Shown: one piece after another, positions 59,265 to 64,000 of the stretch
Numbering within the stretch: position 1 is the stretch's first letter
Layout: every line of letters begins with the position of its first letter
Assembly (NCBI GenBank): GCA_049366695.1
Contig: JBMNCR010000089.1
Location: forward strand, 14,358-78,357
From: Eubacteriaceae bacterium
GTDB lineage: Bacteria; Bacillota; Clostridia; Eubacteriales; Alkalibacteraceae
DNA: 64,000 nucleotides
Direction: 5' to 3'
The notes under the pieces: model-generated
What the model saw: only the letters and a program-made list of their open reading frames with translations
What the model was told of the DNA's origin: nothing
Databases searched by the model: none
Position numbers and translations under genes: made by a program

Positions 59265-60281
59265 ATGTATAAAAATGTATACAAATACGATGAAATGAAG
59301 CGTACCGAGCATATGGCTGTCCGAGAAACGGTGGGTTGGTACTTATGGACACATCAGCTTTTGGAGGTCAAAGGAGAAGATGCCACAGCTTTTCTGGATA
59401 GGATGTTTGCAAACCCCATCGCCAACCTAAAAATCGGCGGCGCAAGATATACAACCATGCTAAATGAGAAAGCGGAAATCATTGACGATGTAGTGGTATT
59501 CCGAATGGAAGAGCAGAGATTCTGGATTTCAACCCTATTCCTGACCAATCTAACTGATTGGATTTCCAATCATAAAAACGGTTATAAGGTAAAATCCTCC
59601 GATATTACTGAACAGTACCATATGTTCGCTGTGCAGGGGCCTAGAGCAAAAGATCTTATCAACGCAATGGTGGAGAACAACGTGGACGATCAGCGTTTCT
59701 TTACAATTAGGGACAATAAAATTGATGGTATATGTGTCAAAATTAACCGAGGCGGTTTCACCGGCGAGAAATTCGGCTATGAGATATATGTTGCACTGGA
59801 AGATCTGCCCGCCATGGAGACCAAGCTGAAAGTCTGCGGCGAATCTTTCGGCGCCATCGAAGTAACGGATATACAAATCATGGCCTGGACACTGCCCACG
59901 GAAGCCGGCTTCTATTACATGCGTGACCTGATGTACACCAACCCGTTTGAGGTGGGTCTAGATCGCGGTATTAGCTGGGATAAGGATTTTATCGGAAAAG
60001 AGGCACTGCTGAAGATCAAAGATGAAGGTCCATCCCGCGAGATGGTCGGATTTACTATAGACGAGGACGACGTACATATCAACGCCAAGGATTTGGGCGG
60101 TCCCGGTACAGCTGTCATGCTGAACGGCGAAGAGATCGGTCGTGTGTCTAAATTTAATTATAGCTTTGTACTGGAGAAGAATATTGGCTATATCCTTGCC
60201 AAGAAGGGTGCAGTGAAGCCGGGCGATCATGTTGCCATCAAGTCTTATGATGCCGTCATTACGGACAAGGTTTTCATCTAA
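59265..60281 (+). CDS. GcvT-family aminomethyltransferase-like protein, short form (paralog 3)
   Basis: 338 aa with HMAVRETVGWYLW.., AVQGPRA, NRGGFTGEKFGYEIY and WDKDFIGKEALL, the classical GcvT fold motifs. Confidence 0.8.
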   Translation: MYKNVYKYDEMKRTEHMAVRETVGWYLWTHQLLEVKGEDATAFLDRMFANPIANLKIGGARYTTMLNEKAEIIDDVVVFRMEEQRFWISTLFLTNLTDWISNHKNGYKVKSSDITEQYHMFAVQGPRAKDLINAMVENNVDDQRFFTIRDNKIDGICVKINRGGFTGEKFGYEIYVALEDLPAMETKLKVCGESFGAIEVTDIQIMAWTLPTEAGFYYMRDLMYTNPFEVGLDRGISWDKDFIGKEALLKIKDEGPSREMVGFTIDEDDVHINAKDLGGPGTAVMLNGEEIGRVSKFNYSFVLEKNIGYILAKKGAVKPGDHVAIKSYDAVITDKVFI

Positions 60282-60414
60282 GCGCCATTGAGCTGAGTAA
60301 AACGGGGGGCTGTGTCCATGGCGAAATGTTATAGTGTGATACAGCCCTTTCATTATCAACAATATTTGCCATATGCGCCAAGAATATTAAAGTAGTTTGT
60401 CTGGAGGTATTGTG

Positions 60415-60540
60415 ATGAACAAGAAAATTACAGTTATTACCTGCGGTAACAGCAGGTTGGGAATGGCGTCGGCTCTGTGCCTTGGCTCGGAAACGCGTGG
60501 AGTATGTTTCGACACTTGGCAAGTAAAGTGTCGATATTGA
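60415..60540 (+). pseudogene. Truncated, degenerate SDR gene start
   Basis: MNKKITVITCGNSRLGMASALCLGSE.. mimics the SDR TGxxxGxG opening with the glycines replaced, and stops after 41 codons. Confidence 0.5.
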
Positions 60541-60642
60541 AATGATACAAGGTGATTTAGTGAATAGACGATTTGATGAATTAGTGACCAAATTTTTACA
60601 TTATTAAAGGCACTATATAAAATATTGAAATAAGGAGTAAAT

Positions 60643-61923
60643 ATGATGAATGAAAAAATACTAGCATCAAATAAGATGAGGAGTAACACAATATTTTTCA
60701 TGTTAGGTTTGGGTATGCTGCTTGCAATGATTCCTTATTTAGGACCTGCAGTAGTTCTCCCAACATTAATGGTTGATCTTTCTATACCAAGTACTGCACT
60801 TGGATACGTCATTTCAATTTATTTGATAGTTAGTGGAATATGTATGTTTATAGGTAGCTATATACAAGAGAAGATTGGTTATCTCAATACTTATCATTTA
60901 GGAAATATCTCAATAACACTCGGTATCCTTGTTTCCGCAATTGCCCCTAACTTCCTTGTTTTTATGATAGGACGTGGGCTTTCTGGCTTTGGTTTTGGTC
61001 TTCTTTCAGCCGCCGGTGGTCCGATTCGAGCCATTTGGTTCAAAGATAAAAAATATGCACTGGCAAACAGCTTCAATCAAATTATGTCATGTGTTGGCAT
61101 TAGTCTTGCATTCGTCCTTATGACTAGCCTGTTGGCCATAACTGGATCATGGCGTAATGTTATGATGATCTATGCCAGCGGTTCTATAGTATATACAGTA
61201 GCATGTTTTTTCGTTATGAAGTATCCCGTAGGTGTCAAAGAAGCTCTCGAGCAGAAGAGAGAGGGAATTAAGTCTGGACAGATTGCAAAGCAAGAAAACA
61301 ATCTCATGCGTCCTTTCAAGTTCAAGGACTACTGGCTCATTTTAATTCACAACATTGTATATATTGCAGCCAATACCGCACTCCTCACCTATATGGTCGT
61401 ATACTTCAATCAAGAAGCAGGTATTTCTGTATCTGCTGCAGCATTGATCACAAGTCTGTTAACTATCTGTCAGATCATTGGCGCGTTGGTGGGAGGCTTT
61501 CTTGTCGCCCAGACTGGACGTAGGAAGATTTGGGTTATTATTTTTAGTGTTACCTACTCCTTGGCATCAATTACCATGATTTTAGCAGGCGGGAATTATT
61601 TTATAGTTATTAGCATGGCTGTAATTATCGGTATTTGTGCCTTTGCAAGAATTCCGGGCATCAGTATGTATTATGTTGAGTTGACTGATACATATGACCC
61701 ATCTCTGGTTGGACCTGCGGTTGCTATGGTAAACGGCATTCCAATGCTCGCTAATATTATTATCAGCGGACTTATTGGTGCTATGGTATTCAGTCCATTG
61801 GGATACGGTAAAACTCTTATTATCGTCTATGCAATGTGTTTAGCTAGTACTATCCCGCTATTTTGGCTAAAGAACATCGGACCTCGCGCTAAAAATGAAA
61901 TTCGTAACACTGAAAACGTTTAA
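60643..61923 (+). CDS. MFS transporter
   Basis: 426 aa with about 12 hydrophobic helices and a GRGLSGFGFG loop motif. Confidence 0.85.
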   Translation: MMNEKILASNKMRSNTIFFMLGLGMLLAMIPYLGPAVVLPTLMVDLSIPSTALGYVISIYLIVSGICMFIGSYIQEKIGYLNTYHLGNISITLGILVSAIAPNFLVFMIGRGLSGFGFGLLSAAGGPIRAIWFKDKKYALANSFNQIMSCVGISLAFVLMTSLLAITGSWRNVMMIYASGSIVYTVACFFVMKYPVGVKEALEQKREGIKSGQIAKQENNLMRPFKFKDYWLILIHNIVYIAANTALLTYMVVYFNQEAGISVSAAALITSLLTICQIIGALVGGFLVAQTGRRKIWVIIFSVTYSLASITMILAGGNYFIVISMAVIIGICAFARIPGISMYYVELTDTYDPSLVGPAVAMVNGIPMLANIIISGLIGAMVFSPLGYGKTLIIVYAMCLASTIPLFWLKNIGPRAKNEIRNTENV

Positions 61924-62202
61924 TTCATAATTGCTTATTGATTTATTGTCTTCTATGCATAATAAAAGAACTCTAAGCTTAAGCGTACTGAATCAGCAAT
62001 AACTGACATAAATAGAAATTATCTAATCGGAGTATAATAAGACTACAATTTTGAGTATAAACACATTATTAAGCAAAGGTTGATTGTACAAAGTATTATA
62101 ATAATTTTTTAATTATCTATTAGACATGTATTTTAAATTCTTACGTTATTGAAGAATACATTTTGCTTTAATATAAAATACTAAATTTTAGGAGGTAACA
62201 AC

Positions 62203-62424
62203 ATGGCAATAACACGTAAAAGTAAGATCAAAGAAATTGTTGCAAATACTGATGCACTGGCAATTGTAAACAAATATTTACCGGGAATAGACCCAACTGA
62301 ACCAAAATTAAAACCAACAATGGGGATGTCCCTAAAAGCATTATGCGCATTCCCTCAGACAGGTATCAGTAAGGACAAAGCAAAGGAATTGTTTGAGGAG
62401 CTGGAAGAGGCAAACATCGAGTAG
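62203..62424 (+). CDS. Small hypothetical protein (73 aa)
   Basis: Strong RBS (TAGGAGGT) and a hairpin downstream at about 62470-62505. No motif recognised. Confidence 0.5.
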   Translation: MAITRKSKIKEIVANTDALAIVNKYLPGIDPTEPKLKPTMGMSLKALCAFPQTGISKDKAKELFEELEEANIE

Positions 62425-62599
62425 TTCATATATGAATGAGACGCTCTAATAGTATACATAATTCTCTTTTCCATGGCATTGGACTGCCGTGGAAGAGAGT
62501 TAACTTTATTAGCAATCGTTGATAAGTATAATTCACTCCTTTACAGATGTATATGAAATTCAGTATGAAAAGACCGTTTATTTGTAAAAAAGTCCAAAC

Positions 62600-62800
62600 T
62601 TATGGCATTTGTTTAATAAAAGGATAGGTCCAACACATAAGACTAAAATTATGATATTTTTTGTTGTTAGGTGAATTCAAATACAGTAGTTACTTCCTTG
62701 CGAATATGCCCATAGCCTTTTTTAGTATTTCGATTTCCTCTGCAAGTTTTGCGTTTTTCTTTAACAAATATTTTTATTCTGCTGATGTTATAATTGTGTC
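62600..62800 (-). mobile_element. IS3-family remnant (end of orfA including the A-AAA-AAG slippery site, start of orfB)
   Basis: The minus strand translates to YLLKKNAKLAEEIEILKKAMGIFARK*, the conserved leucine-zipper tail of IS3 OrfA. The heptamer AAAAAAG lies within CTAAAAAAGGCT. Upstream and downstream are broken by stops. Confidence 0.55.
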
Positions 62801-62870
62801 TTTATCCTTCGCTTATCTATATTTTAAAGTGTTCGGCTTTTCGTGTCTACAATAGTATACTAACACCAGG

Positions 62871-63039
62871 CCTAAAATAACTTTTTGCCAGAATCTTTTG
62901 GCTTAAATCATAAACTATATTGGATTATCCAAAACTTGGGAAGCAATATTAATAATATGCTGTAAACCGCCTCGTTCAACGAGTGCATTAAGAATGATTG
63001 ATTTTTTTTCTGAGAACTCCATATTGAAATTTACCTCGC
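62871..63039 (-). repeat. Duplicate of the 5' end (start codon plus about 48 codons and about 15 nt of leader) of PucR paralog 2
   Basis: Aligns by eye with 47842-48011 with few mismatches and a 1-nt deletion. The start codon complement is at 63020-63022. It abuts the IS3 remnant. Confidence 0.8.
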
Positions 63040-63058
63040 TTTTTTAATGGTGCTAAAA

Positions 63059-64000
63059 TTACAGATAGTTGCATATCAAACATGAAAACCACAGCTGCAT
63101 TCGGTACTTTTCACTTAATTGACGGACATCCATCTCTATAATAGCAGTGATTTTTTCCAGTCTGTAAGTAAGGGTATTGCGGTGCATAAAAAGTTCTTTT
63201 CCCGTTTGAGCGGTATTACAGCCGTTATATAGATAGATTCTCAGGCAATGGACGAAGTCTGTATCGTATGTGTTGTCATGATTGCGAAGGCGTAAAATAT
63301 TCGCATGACACATGCTTTTTAGACTTGTAGAATTACTCATTAGGCTGATTATATGTGGGAAATAATAATCAGCAAAATCCCATAGGATATTTTCTGATTT
63401 GGCTGTTTCTCCCTCATAAAATGCTGCTTTGCTTTGGATATAATAATATTTTAAATCACTGAAACGGTTGAAAAAATTGCTGCATCCACAATGTAGTCCA
63501 AGCTTAGATAAAAGCTCTACTAATTTTTTTTCGTACTTATCATTATAGTTCCCTTTTAATTGTCTTCTTATGACGATAATGGAATTTTCATATAAAAATA
63601 TAATAACATCTTCCTGCATCCTTTTTATGCGGTATAGGCAAAAATCTGCTTGACTATCACTAAGTTCCTTTCCACTAGGGTAAGCCATGGTATAAACACG
63701 AAAATTGTCATGACTACTCCAACCACGTTCATTCAGGTGGTAGCTGATAATTTTCTCATCTACGGGGAATCCTTTAAGGAGTTTTTCTAAATAGTAGGTT
63801 ACGACTTCATTTGAACCTTTAAATTCTATGCTGGAGGATATTGCTAGCTCCATCACATCTTTTATCAGCTGCAGAAGGGATATTTGACCTTGGGTAAAGG
63901 GAGTATTTATGCTGGTCGTTGCAATAAAAGCAAAAAGCTTACCATCAAGGTACAAATTTACCATTAAGTCAGAATACTTCGTGTAGGGAGAGCCATAGGG
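63059..64000 (-). CDS. PucR family transcriptional regulator (paralog 5); 5' end lies outside the window
   Basis: C-terminal HTH NTAQTGKELFMHRNTLTYRLEKI. The frame remains open beyond the ATG at 63964 to the window edge. Confidence 0.8.
   Translation of the reverse strand, partial: PYGSPYTKYSDLMVNLYLDGKLFAFIATTSINTPFTQGQISLLQLIKDVMELAISSSIEFKGSNEVVTYYLEKLLKGFPVDEKIISYHLNERGWSSHDNFRVYTMAYPSGKELSDSQADFCLYRIKRMQEDVIIFLYENSIIVIRRQLKGNYNDKYEKKLVELLSKLGLHCGCSNFFNRFSDLKYYYIQSKAAFYEGETAKSENILWDFADYYFPHIISLMSNSTSLKSMCHANILRLRNHDNTYDTDFVHCLRIYLYNGCNTAQTGKELFMHRNTLTYRLEKITAIIEMDVRQLSEKYRMQLWFSCLICNYL

Noticed and set aside
1-64000. Search for CRISPR arrays, tRNA or rRNA genes, retron- or DGR-like repeats and toxin-antitoxin or defence-island signatures.
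   Set aside because: I saw no regularly spaced direct repeats, no tRNA-like GGTTCGAATCC-type T-arm segments and no rRNA-like stretches. The only repeats are the two segmental duplications and the IS remnants reported above.

Overview
This 64-kb window comes from a very AT-rich, low-GC Firmicute. Gene content looks Clostridia/Tissierellia-like: HprK, two DegV paralogs, LemA/TPM, a type III glutamine synthetase, FeoAB and an AmmeMemoRadiSam pair. Bases 1 to about 39,000 are ordinary, densely packed chromosomal backbone. They carry glnN, uvrC, hprK, pgi, acpS, nnr, a csp gene, an MreB-like gene, feoAB, a two-component system, an ABC exporter and c-di-GMP signalling proteins. I also see one unannotated structured RNA with 6S-like architecture at about 35.46-35.64 kb. 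From about 39.2 kb to the window end the region is clearly accessory. It holds five full PucR-family regulators plus a sixth 5' fragment, and three GcvT (aminomethyltransferase)-family proteins, two of them long and LigM/DesA-like. It also holds an OYE/4Fe-4S/FAD flavoenzyme with a pseudogenised partial duplicate, and a corrinoid-dependent methyltransferase locus that looks to be decaying. In that locus one corrinoid protein has an in-frame deletion of the DxHxxG loop, a second is frame-shattered, a third survives only as a 3' fragment fused to the flavoenzyme pseudogene, and a small membrane protein is interrupted by an in-frame TAG. The region also contains remnants of IS200/IS605, IS256 and IS3 elements. 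An obviously higher-GC insert at about 56.9-62.4 kb encodes an SDR, a cysteine-rich 412-aa protein of unknown function, a short GcvT homolog, an MFS transporter and a small orphan protein. My main hypothesis is an array of individually PucR-regulated, tetrahydrofolate-linked demethylation/C1-removal modules that is not a described pathway. It lies next to, and may functionally replace, a degenerating cobalamin-dependent system. I found no rRNA, tRNA or CRISPR array. All function calls rest on motif recognition by eye, and no database search was possible.
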